Below, piece after piece: positions 1 to 11,524 of a stretch of DNA of 64,000 nucleotides. Made by a program: the position numbers and the translations under genes. The number at the start of each line of letters is the position of its first letter. The stretch's first letter is position 1. The stretch spans positions 62,001-126,000 of the forward strand of contig JALDZX010000054.1 of assembly GCA_022813865.1 (NCBI GenBank). The letters run 5' to 3'. The notes beneath the pieces are model-generated. The model searched no databases. It was not told the DNA's origin and saw only the letters and a program-made list of their open reading frames with translations. Source of the DNA: Xylographa opegraphella. Its lineage: Eukaryota.

Positions 1-586
1 CTTCTCTTCTACCAGTACTCCGTACTCCGTAGAGTCGTTCGCTCCACCGGCTTCTGATTGCTGGAACCACTGCATCCCACAGTCGAACACCATGACGCCG
101 CACACCACCATGTGCATTTGTCCGATTGTTTAAAAATGGACGCCTGACGCGCTTCTGGCATTAGTTCCCGGCGAAGTGGCTGGTTTTCTGCACGACTTAG
201 GGGGGTTCGAGCCCCTTTACCCCCAGGGGGGTGTTGATTGAGACCTTTTGATGGTGTTCATCTCGCGTTTTAGCCCTTTTAGGGGGGTCAGGCGACGTCA
301 TCATACGTCCAGCTGGCGAAAGGCTAAACCTTGTGGCCGAGGGGGCCCGATACAGTCTAGCGCGCTACCGTGTAATCTTCAAACGCCAACAAAACCGGTG
401 TGAGGAAAACGCCCCTTCGAGAAAACTAAAAGTATCCTGTTGCTGTTGTCCCAGTGTCCACGCTCGTTCGATCGTATCACCCAACACTCAAGGCACAACA
501 ACACCCGCTCATGCGCTTCCGACATCTGGTCTTAACCTGATTCAGGCTGTCTTCGTCGCTCGTTCCGTCTCTGTTCAATCGCTGCC

Positions 587-2194
587 ATGGTGTCCTTTTC
601 CTGCGAGGTACTAATCTTCTCTCCTTTCCCCAATCACTCCCCGCCATACCCCTCGGTCGGACACGCTTGCAGCATTGGGAGCAAGACTAACATGGCGGTC
701 CTGACGCAGAGCTGTGGTGATGTTCTGACCAAGAAGAAACTCGACTCGCACCGAGGCCAATGTCGCGGCGCATCTTTTACGTGTTTGGATTGCATGACCC
801 ATTTCTACGGCTCCGACTACAAAGCCCATACCGTACGTCCTCTCCGCCACGACGCATGACTTCTTCCACCACTTCTCGCACCTGTCGTTTGTCGGTCTTG
901 CTGATGTTTCTCGAACCAGTCTTGCATTTCCGAGGCGCAGAAGTACCAAGGAGCATTATACAAGGAAAAGCCAGCCAAAGCGAAGAAGTCTGTCACGATA
1001 TCGGAATCTACCTCCCTCGTCCCTCGGAAAGCATACGTCGAAGATGCGCCAGACGCAGACTACGACAACGCTGTCGCACGCACCAATGCTCCTCCCCCAG
1101 CTCCCAGTCCCCCATCGGCAGTCCCCGCACAGCCTGTCAACGTTTTCGACTTCCTCGTCGCAGACGAAACCCCCAATGCCTCTAAAGTCTCCCTCGGTGG
1201 CTCACACGAGCAAATGCGCATGGTAGACGACGCGCCGCCGGTCTTTGAACCCAGCCGACATTCAGTACACGAACTCAACGCCTCGCACGAACAACACCTC
1301 GATTACGAAAATGGCTATGCCTCCAATGGCTACTCCTACGGCGCGACTCCTATACCCACTTTTCAAACTCCTGCCCCCAAGCAGCAGCACCGACACACCT
1401 CGTCCCGAGACTCCATCTACGAGCTCGGTCCGGCCTCCCACCGGAAATCCACCGACAAAAAACGCAAGCGCCAAGTCGAAGACCTCGACCTCACCCAAGC
1501 GCGACTCCCCTCTCAAGAGCTTGACGAAGTCATGCTTGACGCCGACTCCTCCGCGCCCGCGCCCGTCCTCCACTCCGGCCTCACGGGTGGCCTGAACCGC
1601 ATGCTCTCCAAACACAAGTTTCCCCCCTCTCCGGACTACTCCGGCGGCGACGCCCCCGACCCGAGCCCTCTTTCCCCTGTCAAGCGCTCCAAGCCCCTTG
1701 CAGAAAAAGGCCGTCCTGCCATCACTACCACCACCTCCGACCGTGGCCGCCCCGCACACTCCCCTGCCCTCGTCCGAGCCCGCAAACCACGCCGGTCGTC
1801 GGACGAGTCCCGCCCGCGCAAGCACCACCGCTCCCACCACACCGAGCACCGCAGCGAGCGCGCCCACTCGGAGCGTCCGAAGCGAGCGCTCAAAAGCATC
1901 GAATACCCGGGCCACGGCGCGCACGCCCACTCTTCCAACGGCCACGTGGATGACAAGGATCACCACCACCAGCAGCTCGTCGTGTACCGCACCCGGGCGG
2001 AGCTGTTCCTGAGTTTCGTCACCAAGGGCCCCGACAGCGAGAGCGGCTGCAGTGTCAACAAGGCGCTGAAGCGGTATCATCGCGAGCGGGCCGAGATGGG
2101 CTTGGGCTTGGGGAAGGCGGAGGAGGAGAAGGAGCTGTGGAGGGCGGTGAGGCTGCGTAGGAATGAGCGGGGGGAGGTGGTGGTTATTTTCTGA
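587..2194 (+). CDS. LYAR-type C2HC zinc-finger nucleolar protein (3 exons: 587-607, 710-832, 920-2194)
   Basis: Splicing GT-AG introns 608-709 and 833-919 gives MVSFSCESCGDVLTKKKLDSHRGQCRGASFTCLDCMTHFYGSDYKAHTSCISEAQKYQGALYK, the zf-LYAR signature; in frame with ORF 1214-2194. Confidence 0.9.
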
Positions 2195-2869
2195 GTGGGG
2201 TGGGAAGGAGGGCGCGTGGGGATTGGGACGGGACAGAATGGCACAGGGGCAAGGGGGAAAGGGCAAGGGGCATCTGCTTGCTGCGTGGCGTTGGGTCGGG
2301 CTCAGAGCATCGGTGGCGCTTGTGATTGCATTGCTGGTCACTTTTGGGGGGGGCGGTGCATTGACGATTTGAAGATACGAAGGCGGGATCTTGGGTCGCT
2401 TGTCTTTGCTGCGGACCAGCGTGTGGGCTTTGTTTTTGTTTTTTTTCTTCTTCTTTTCTTCGCTAGTATATATTATTGCGCATTCGGCTTCCTCGGTTCG
2501 GTTCGTGCATGAAAAGGGTGAAGCGTGATGTGATTGCTTGAGCGGTTATACTTTCGCTTCGTCATGGCAACGCTGCGGTAGCATGGCAATGTGTAATGGG
2601 TCTCGTGCATATTGACGCTGATGATGCTTCGTAGATGCTGTTGTCATGATCGGCAAAATATGGAATCTTAAGTGTAGAAAAATGCAGCAGGCGACGCCGA
2701 CGCTATGCTATCCTAAAAGCAACACCCCCGATGACCGAAGCGCAACTGGGAACCCAGATCGTTCGGTATAGTCCTCATCCGCCCGGCATATTCCTAACGA
2801 CCACCACCCATTATTAGCCCAGTCCCACAACCAGACGCAGCGTCCTCCAGCTCCAAGGAGGGAAGAACC

Positions 2870-3589
2870 TTACCCCTCCCGTTCCAGCTTCAACTCCGTT
2901 CCGCCCTTGCCCTCGCCCGCCTCCTCCGCGCAGCCGCAGTCGTAGAAGTCGCCGATGTTCGAGCAGTCGAACATGGGCTTGCTCAGCGACTTGTTCACCT
3001 CGTTGTGGACGTGGCATGCCCACGCCGCGGCGGTGGAGCGGGTCTTGACTTGTGGCGGGAACTTGGTGAGGATTTGCCGGAAGTGGCCGGCGCATTCGCC
3101 GCTGTGGTGAGAAGGTGAGTCCGTGTCTGCGATGCAGGTGAGACCAGGGAGAAGACATACCAGGGGTAGAGCCGGGCGAAGAGGTGGATGTAGGAGAAGA
3201 GCGCGGTCTGCTCGTCCTCCGACGGCGCGTCCGGGAAGCGCGCCATGGTGGTGTGGAAGAGCTTCCAGCTCGCGCGGCCGAGTTCGGCTCTGTTTTTTTC
3301 GCAGAATCAGCATCCGTCCCATCAGCTTTGCTTTTGGGAACCGCGGTCTCAAATTTTGTTCGCCGTACTTCAGGGTTTCGTTCCCGAGCTTGCCCATGAT
3401 GGCGTCGCCCTTGAGCGTCGAGTCTGCGACGGAGACGTGGTGGATCGCGCCCGGTTTTCGGTATGCGATCGGGGGGCTGTTTGCGTTCCAGATCGTGTAG
3501 ATGGTGAGGCAGAGGATGATGGCGGCGGCGGTGGTGAGGAGGGGGAGGAAACGGCGGGGGGGCATGGCGCTGGTGGAGGGAAGCTTCAT
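2870..3589 (-). CDS. ERV2: FAD-linked sulfhydryl oxidase, Erv1/Alr family (ERV2-type); introns 3290-3368 and 3102-3160
   Basis: N-terminal signal anchor; spliced product has ELGRASWKLFHTTMARFP, YPCGECAGHF (CxxC), WACHVHNEVN and C-terminal YDCGC. Confidence 0.93.
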   Translation of the reverse strand: MKLPSTSAMPPRRFLPLLTTAAAIILCLTIYTIWNANSPPIAYRKPGAIHHVSVADSTLKGDAIMGKLGNETLKYGEQNLRPRFPKAKLMGRMLILRKKQSRTRPRELEALPHHHGALPGRAVGGRADRALLLHPPLRPALPLVCLLPGLTCIADTDSPSHHSGECAGHFRQILTKFPPQVKTRSTAAAWACHVHNEVNKSLSKPMFDCSNIGDFYDCGCAEEAGEGKGGTELKLEREG

Positions 3590-3944
3590 GCTGGGTGTGG
3601 GTGGTCGGGGGGGTTCTGCATGTTACAGTCGTAGAAGTTGGAGATAGAAGGCGGACTATCACAAAGGATGCGGTGTTCTCATTCTCATGCATATAATTGT
3701 GCCAACGCTTTTATGCACCGCTAAGATAAGCGATTGGACCTGCATAAGCGCTGCCGATCTCGCTGTTCGCAGATTGACTTTCGTCGAGTGACATTTTTGG
3801 AAGTGAACGCTACTCAGCTGAGCTTACTGTCCTTTTCTCACAACATCTCTCGGACTTGGCCTCATTCTCATTTAAATACTGAAAAGCAGTCATCCAGTGT
3901 CTGCTTTGCTTATTGCTAAGTCTTTTCATGCGCCCGGAGTAACA

Positions 3945-5196
3945 ATGTCGTTCCCTCCACCACCGGTAGACACAATAGGTCCGCATTCGGTGAACTTTCT
4001 TTGTTTACAACCGAGTCTCAGCTGACTCGAAGCACAGATTGGAGTGATATTGGCTTTCGAGTCCGCGAGGGTACGTGGCTTGTTTGCTCACCGTCCTCGC
4101 CTGTTCTGACCCGATCGAAGTGAACGGGCACATCGAGTCGCATTACTCGGTGAAGACCGGAGAATGGAGTCCTCCGCGCTTCGTTACGGATCCTTACCTC
4201 CGCCTCCACGGCATGGCCCCTGCTCTCAATTATGGACAACAAGCCTTCGAAGGTATCAAAGCGTTCCGGACGCCTGACAACCGCATTGCAATATTCCGTC
4301 CCTCCCAAAATGCCGCCCGCATGGCTCACTCTGCCTCCTTCGTTTCCATTCCTGAGATTCCGATCCCTCACGCCCTCAAATGTATCCACCTGGCTGTAAG
4401 TCTCAATGCGGCCTACGTCCCTCCGCACCACACTGGTGCCGCCATGTATATCCGACCCCTCGTTTTTGGCAGTTCCGCCCAATTAGGCTTGAACCCACCA
4501 GAAGAATATACTTTCTGCGTCTATGTGCTCCCGGTCGGTGTCTACCACGGTGTACATCCAGTGGCGGCGCTCATTCTCGAAGACTTTGATCGTGCCGCAC
4601 CAGAGGGAACCGGCTCCGCGAAACTGGGAGGCAATTATGCACCAGTTCTTCGATGGAGTGAAAAGGCCAGGACCGAAGGTTACGGAATCACGTTACATCT
4701 TGACAGCCGTACCCGTACTGAGATAGACGAGTTCTCAACTTCTGGCTTTATTGGGATCAAAAAGGATGGTGAGCAATATACTTTTGTTGTTCCGGATTCG
4801 AAGTGTGTCATCAAGAGTGTGACATCTGAGAGTGCATTTGAGCTTGCCAAATCATTCGGATGGAAAGTGGAGAGAAGATCTATCAAGTACGAGGAGCTGC
4901 CGGAATTTGAAGAAGTCATGGCTGCTGGGACCGCCGCGGCATTGGTACCGATCAAAAGCATCACCATGAAGTCACGAGGAGCCAAGTTTGAGTACCAGGG
5001 CGGTGGAGACGAGCCAGGCCCCTGCTGCGTGAAGCTTCTCACGACGCTGAAGGGAATACAGCAGGGCAAGATTGAGGATAAATTTGGGTGGCTGGAATAT
5101 GTCGAGAAGGCCAAGGGATACGCAGATGAAGTCAACGGGCATACCAACGGCGAGGTGACGAATGGCGTGGGCACTAGCATTGACAAGCTCCCATAG
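3945..5196 (+). CDS. Branched-chain amino acid aminotransferase (PLP class IV); two short 5' introns (3979-4037, 4071-4120)
   Basis: MSFPPPPVDTIDWSDIGF start; LNYGQQAFEGIKAFR, YIRP, KLGGNYAP (PLP lysine), GTAA motifs. Confidence 0.93.
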
Positions 5197-5428
5197 AAGG
5201 TTCCCCCTGCGCAAGAACGACCGGCCTCTTTGAATCCGATTCTGAGCATTCATTCATACGTGGTACAATACGATTGTTCACAATTGAGGAGGCATTACAC
5301 AAAGCATCAACCAGTACAGCTAATATAGAACTGCCATGTCTTCAGTTTGCGGTATTGATCCCTTGTATTTTTTACGTTCACTATATATTGACTCCCTCCC
5401 TCCCTTTCCTTCCACTTCCTCGGCCATC

Positions 5429-5689
5429 ATGTGCGAAATTGCAGTCTTAAGATGTCCCTGCACAGTATGTGCCCGGCGTATTGAGCAACTCGCGAGCTGG
5501 AGCGTAAGAGTTGTGCGGATACCTCCCAGCTTGGAGAGTTGGCCCCCGAGCAACGATGACGTCCACCTTTTTATCTGCTCTGACACCGAGAATTGTTTGA
5601 CCTACCAGAACATCATAATTCCACGGCTAAAGCATATTGTGGCTTGCACCCAGGGACGAGCGAGCATGGAGGGTTCCTGGGATGGGTGA
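5429..5689 (+). CDS. Small hypothetical Cys-rich protein (86 aa, MCEIAVLRCPCTVC...)
   Basis: TATA-like CTATATA at about 5381, CT-rich tract 5392-5420 and CATC-ATG context precede the ORF; no family recognised. Confidence 0.4.
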   Translation: MCEIAVLRCPCTVCARRIEQLASWSVRVVRIPPSLESWPPSNDDVHLFICSDTENCLTYQNIIIPRLKHIVACTQGRASMEGSWDG

Positions 5690-6968
5690 TCCCAGTGTCA
5701 CCATTCGCGAGCGCTTTCGGCTCATTTTTGGAGTAGGTCTTTGTGTTGCGGATCTTCTTGGTTATTGGAGCTGCGATTTCGGTGGATCTATGTAGCCTTT
5801 GTATTTATTCTTGTGGCGATTTGTATCATGCGAGAGAAAATCTATCCGTATGTTATGAGCCTGTGTTGTTTTATCAGCCTTTTTATTTTTCTTGCCATTT
5901 TTGCGGGTGTTGTCTGAATTGCATAAAACTGCTAAAACACTGTAAGCATCCATGTAATACCAGTTCTTCGAACTCATTCTTGATAATATATATTGTGCCA
6001 TGCACGCTAGTGGAATATGTTTAATCTGGAACCCTGACCTATATCTTATTGCGAAGGTTATTCGACATCAGTTATATTGCCACAGGGGTTCGATTCGTAT
6101 CATGGAAGACGTGTACGAACGGTGTTAATTTGTAGCAAAAACGAATTTGCCTTTCTTATCACTCAGAGCATAAGCTCGCAAGCTCCGTATGTAAGTTTAA
6201 ACATGAGGTTAAGAATTCTACAGAGTAAAAGAATAACTGTGGCCAGTGGTCACCGGATATGTTCCACGGAGTGATGCTAGAGAGTGGCTGCTCGCCCCGA
6301 TCATGAAGTCGACAAGCATTCCAATCGAGGGGCATCAATGGTGGCTAGAAGGTCGTGATTGCAAGCATCATTTCCATGGATTTATTGCTTCAGAAGTCCT
6401 CGAGCACGAATCCTTATTCCTTAAAGAGGAAGATGGTATCAAGCACGCACCTCATCCTGCCAACGTACCCGCACAAGAAAAAGAGGAACAGTATGTCAAC
6501 GATGCCGCCATCGGCCTAATCAATCCGTTCTCCTCCACCTCCCACCATGGTATAAAGTCTTGTTTGTACGAGGACAGATCGTTCTACACACAGAACAACG
6601 ACCCTATTTGTTCTATTATATAGTATCAATCTCAATGTCTTTATCATTCATTTATATGATACTGTTGTTTTGTTGTTGGAACAAAGAACATGAGAACAAT
6701 TCTATTGTCACAACGAGGCCCTTGTTCTTTCAAAGCAGCAATATGCGAGAGGCAAATTGCTCTGTCACAATGTTCCAGACACATACCGTGTTCTCGTCTT
6801 CACTTATAAGATGACTTTCTCCTCCACCACTATCCCCCTTTAAACCCAACTTAACGAAGATCCTCAATTCTTCGTCAGATATTAACCAGACATCCGAATT
6901 TGAGACCTGGCAAAAGGAAACCCCATTTTCAAAAACCCTTACCACTAAAGGTTCCCTACCGAACCACG

Positions 6969-7991
6969 ATGCCCAGCATACCTTTCCGCCCAGATCTCCA
7001 GTTCGAGCTCTTCGACTCCCTGGGCCTCGACCCCACCACCACCACAATTACCGCCTCCGTCGTACAGCAAGCCTGGCGCCGCGTTAACTTACACCTACAC
7101 CCAGACAAAATCCGCGCCGCGACACACGTTCCAGCCTTCCCTACCTACGCGCAAGCCCGCCAAGCCAAAGACTACCTCCTCGCGGAGGAAAGGGGCGCTT
7201 CGAACGCGCAATCGTGCATTCGCATCGCCCTTGCAGGCGGGAAGCACCGCTACCGCAGTACCTGGAATCCGTGGGCGGCGCCCAACACTGACGCGGTGCT
7301 GCAGCCCATCCCAGGCGCGCCGACGGTCGCCAGTCATGGGCCGGTGAATACGGGAGCCGACAGGGAAGACGTCGATTCTCCGCGCGCCGGCAACGATGGC
7401 CGACAAGGCCCGCGCGGAGACTCGCTCCGGGAAGATTGGGTCCGTGCCGGGTACGAAGCACGGTACCGCGCCGAGCGGGCCTTTGCCGAGCGGACACGGC
7501 AACGCCCTTTCGGGGACCATAACCCCCGAGGCATGACCCGCGTGGAGGCGGACGGTTTCGCACGCGAGCAAGGCAGCCGCGATTGCGGCATGGAAGAGTT
7601 CGAGCGGCGGGTCGCCGCCTTCGTGGAGGAGGAGGGTCGCGCGACGGCGCAGGACCACTACTGGCGCGACGCGAGCACGTGGTGGTGGTCGGAGGCCGAG
7701 GAGCGGCGGTGGTGGGACGCCTTCGAGAAAGCGCGCGACCGGGGCGCGGCGTGCGTGCGCTTCTGGCACGAGAGGGGCCAGGACCGCGAGCGCCGCGACC
7801 ACTGGACCAATGCGCACCTGCTCCTCATTTCCGGCATCCCCGTCACGAGGCCGCAGCGGGCGGTGGAGTGGGCCTTGTATTTCGACGAGCTGTGGTTGGC
7901 CTTCGGGCCCAGTATGGGCCTCGTGGATCCCGAGACCGGGAGGCTGTCGACCGTTGAGACTTTGAAGGTCTACACGGCTCCGCAGTCGTGA
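6969..7991 (+). CDS. Intronless orphan protein with N-terminal J-domain-like region (class C DnaJ-like)
   Basis: LFDSLGL...VVQQAWRRVNLHLHPDK...YAQARQAKDYLL matches the J-domain helix II-HPD-helix III pattern; 340-codon GC-rich ORF. Confidence 0.65.
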   Translation: MPSIPFRPDLQFELFDSLGLDPTTTTITASVVQQAWRRVNLHLHPDKIRAATHVPAFPTYAQARQAKDYLLAEERGASNAQSCIRIALAGGKHRYRSTWNPWAAPNTDAVLQPIPGAPTVASHGPVNTGADREDVDSPRAGNDGRQGPRGDSLREDWVRAGYEARYRAERAFAERTRQRPFGDHNPRGMTRVEADGFAREQGSRDCGMEEFERRVAAFVEEEGRATAQDHYWRDASTWWWSEAEERRWWDAFEKARDRGAACVRFWHERGQDRERRDHWTNAHLLLISGIPVTRPQRAVEWALYFDELWLAFGPSMGLVDPETGRLSTVETLKVYTAPQS

Positions 7992-8919
7992 TTGTTTTTG
8001 CACATCAAGAAAGTGGGAGGGATTATATGCGGTGAATTTTTGAATTTTTTTCCCTGTTGTGGTCGTTGAGGTTTCCGGGGGTGTGTCTGCGCTGCGAGAC
8101 TGTTCGCTTTTCGGGCATGCTGTGCTTGGACTAGTTAGCTATTAGAGGCATTTCTTTCGATGGACTTCACTTGTTCCCAGAGCCAGAATTCACTTCTTAC
8201 CACGACCATAAATTGTCTATCACAGACACAACCCATCATCCTCTTCATTGTAGACACAGAATCGACTCCAGCTTCTTGCCGATCTTTCGTGTGAGAAATT
8301 TGTTTTACTTCTGCTATCACCTCACCTAAAGCCCTTCCTGTTCCTTTTCACTTCTGGAAGATAGTCCATAATGCCTAGAGCGGTAATGAATTAATGATTG
8401 ATCCCGAGTCATGTGTCACGTGCGCTACTAACCCTATCCACCATTAAAACTGCCCAATTGTAAGCTTCCATGAATCGACTTGTCGCAGAAAAATAAATAT
8501 AAAAGTAAAACCTTCAACGAACGTCATCAGCGCGAATCGATGCTCTTTAACTGACCACCGTGATGTATATTTTTTTGGGAACGTGATCCGGAGCCGGCGG
8601 ACTGCCAGGGCCATAGATTCCCAATCGCTGGGAAAGAAACCATGTCGCAAACAGGACGATCTATCACGATGCTGCCAAGACACACATGACAAGTGAAAGC
8701 TTGCAAAGACTGAGATTATCAATATGCAGTTAATCCGTGTATTATCATGAGAATGCAGTGATGCCTGCCGATACAAGAACTGCTCGAAAACCCTGCGCCC
8801 CTGAATACGTGAACCAGCGATAAAAATCCATGTAAAAAGGGTATCTTAGCTAGGTAACAATAACTTGCGGCCCATTCATTCACTCATAGTCGCCTCGTCC
8901 CTGTCCGTAAGCAGCCGGC

Positions 8920-11524
8920 TCATCCAAAGAATTCCCCCTGTACAAGCGTCTCCCACGGCTTTCCTGTCTCCCACACCCTTTCCATCAATTTCCTTGCCTT
9001 TCGTATCTGAAATATGATTAGTCCGTTTCAATCTTCCGTCAGTGGGGTGGACTTCAGCTCACCTGTGTCATGCCCGTGCCTTCCACCGACCGCATTCTCT
9101 CCTTGATTACCTCGCGCTGCGCCGCAGAGTTGGCATCACAGCCTGCGGTGAAGATGGGAAACAGAAGACAGGCTTCCGCCGTGCCCCCTACCCGTACCTT
9201 TCCCAGACTGACAATAATCTGTGTAACGGCAGCTTGCACTTCATAGTCAGCTGATGGCTTCCCCAAGACGCGCCGGTTCAGATGCACCAGGCCGGCCCAA
9301 TGGAAAGCGTCATTTGTGGCCACCATCTCGGTCATCTCCCAAGCTCTCTCCGGTCCCGAAACAGCCGCGTTGTGTGGACAGCCTGCGAAGGATTGATACC
9401 GGGTTCGTTTGAGTTGACTTTTGATGCCTTCCGCCGCCACGATGATCTCTGCTGAAGGCGTCCAGTCTTCACGTATATTGCCATCGCTACCGATCCGTTC
9501 ATTATCGCAACGACGAGCTAAATCTGCAAGCCGGGCTAAGATGGTAACACAGCGACTGGTGAAGCCGAAAAGACAATCGATCTGAGCAGCCTGTTCGACA
9601 CTCAGGTCATCGTTATTCGACCATGCATCTTCACTCAACAGCGGCGTATTCTTTGCTCCGCTCAAGCTACCAAGGACATCAAGATAATTAAACCAGCGGT
9701 TGAGGAAATATGCGACCTTATCATAACGGCCTATGACAGGCGGTCCCCTGAGAATGATAATCTCACGAGCCGTTCGGAGATGCTCTTGCCATGGGACTGG
9801 AACTTCAAAAGCATTTGGAGCAATAATCTCAAGAGAAGCGAGCATGATGGCCGTTGCCAGGGTAGTGTTGTCCATCTGGTCTTGGGTCCCACTGAGCGCG
9901 TGCCTTAGATTCGGGAAAACGTCCCGGACCCAGAGAGCAACGCGGTTCGAGGGTTCCGGGTGATGAAGAAGGCGAGCACGGTGGCTGGCCGAATATGCCA
10001 GAAGAAGATGCATGAGATTGAGGTCCCGCACAGCCACTGGATAGTCATCAGCTGAATCTCTATACATCATACTCAAGCTACATACTCTGAGGCAAGATGA
10101 TCCTGAATGGATTTTCTGAACAGTCGTGGGGAACCAGTATCCTGGCCGTATGATTTAGGAAGTGATGGAAGTAAAGAAGATTCATTTGATTCTCCAACAA
10201 GACTGGCGGAAGAGGTTCTAAAGATCTGGGTATCTCAACCAGCACCGGGTTTAGGTAGTATCCTTCCAGACCATGTGCAGCACGCGTTCCATGGAGTCGG
10301 AAGCCGAATTCCGGATGAAAATGATTCGAACCAGTGTCAAAGAAACTAGCATCTGGGCTGCGCGAGAATGGTGGTGCCGATCCTTCCAGTGCACGATGAT
10401 CCTCGTTTCGTGGTATATCCAGGTCCGGAAAGCCTTTGTCGACACCGTATGATAGCATTTGGTTTGCACTTTCTAACGCAGTGGGACTGGACAGTAGTGA
10501 ATTGACAGAGAGCCGTCGAGGATCGCCAGCAGTTTGGATACCAGTTGGTAGTTGCCTTGGTGTAGTATGATTCTCTGCCGAAGAATCATATGACGTCCCA
10601 GACTTGAACATAGACGCTGGTGGAGTCGGCAGGTCAGACATGGTACTGGCATAAGAACTATCCCATTTGGGTACCGTGGGGCCTGTATCTGGATAGACTT
10701 GGTTTGGCTCCAATCGTTGTCGCTTTGAACAATGTTCAGCTTGCTTATTAGATTGGATTGATTCGGATACGATAGACTTTGAGGATGTCCGGTGAAGTAA
10801 CGTAGGATTCATTGGTGGTAACATTGTGTATGATGTGTTCGACGAGAATGCGTCGATGTCAGCAGCCGCATTGCTATCGTTAGCATGCATGTCAGGATAG
10901 GGTCGCATCTGGTACGGGCTCGGAGCAGTGGTTGATTCTCTTAATTTCCCGAGCTGCGAAGCGGAAAAGCCATCGCGGAAGCTCTGATGCTTTACATAGC
11001 TCGAAGGCGTTAAAGGGGATCTGAAGCCAACACTGGTAGTCGGAGACTGTTCCTCGTGACGCTTTGGGAAAATGTTCTCACTGTTACTGGATAGATACTG
11101 GTCTATGCTAGGCGGTGCTGGCTCATCCTCCGGGCTCTCCCATGACCGTTCTGTTGTCAAGGGTGTAGCCATGCCGAAGTCAGAGTTCTCGGAGTGTTGC
11201 TTGATAAGAGATACCGATGCAGAGGTCTCTGGAGTGGCACTCGAAGCAGATTGACCAGGCTCTGGTGTCAATTCATTAGCCTTCCTCTTGGTCCTTCCTT
11301 CCCAGTTGAGACGGATGCTGTAGTCGCATGGTTCACTCTGACGCTCGCAATTCAAGCATTGCGGCTTCTCTTCTCCACATTTGACTTTCTTGTGTTTACA
11401 TGGCCTTTCAATACACCATTAGTCTCTGCAACATCACTTTCGAACCTACGTGAATATCATACCAGCATCCATTGCGACTTCGTTTCTTCGGCTCGGGACC
11501 ACCGGGCTTCTTAGGTCTCGGCAT
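8920..11524 (-). CDS. Zn(II)2Cys6 transcription factor with C-terminal fungal-specific TF domain (multi-exon)
   Basis: Splicing intron 11405-11462 gives MPRPKKPGGPEPKKRSRNGCWPCKHKKVKCGEEKPQCLNCERQSEPCDYSIRLNW; C-terminal region has YFHHFLNHTARILVPHDCSENPF and LLFPIFTAGC; last exon ends ...VQGEFFG*. Confidence 0.9.

Noticed and set aside
198..225. tRNA T-arm/B-box-like GGGGGTTCGAGCCCCT hairpin
   Set aside because: No matching acceptor stem, D-arm or anticodon arm upstream, so it cannot be folded as a tRNA; at most an isolated B-box
1262..2341. Long antisense ORFs over GC-rich or Ser-rich genes (also 7095-8003, 17234-18094, 18770-19621)
   Set aside because: Shadow frames expected from codon bias and low complexity; no recognisable motifs
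2870..3589. Uninterrupted 239-aa ORF running through both ERV2 introns
   Set aside because: Intron lengths (79+59) happen to sum to a multiple of 3 in GC-rich, stop-poor DNA; the unspliced product lacks the CxxC, so the spliced model is preferred
6084..6100. GGTTCGATTC B-box-like word in the AT-rich flank
   Set aside because: No T-stem pairing or cloverleaf; not enough to call a tRNA or SINE
6246..6623. 125-aa ORF in the flank of the J-domain gene
   Set aside because: Non-ATG start in the track, no motif or coding bias; could be a relic but is unsupported
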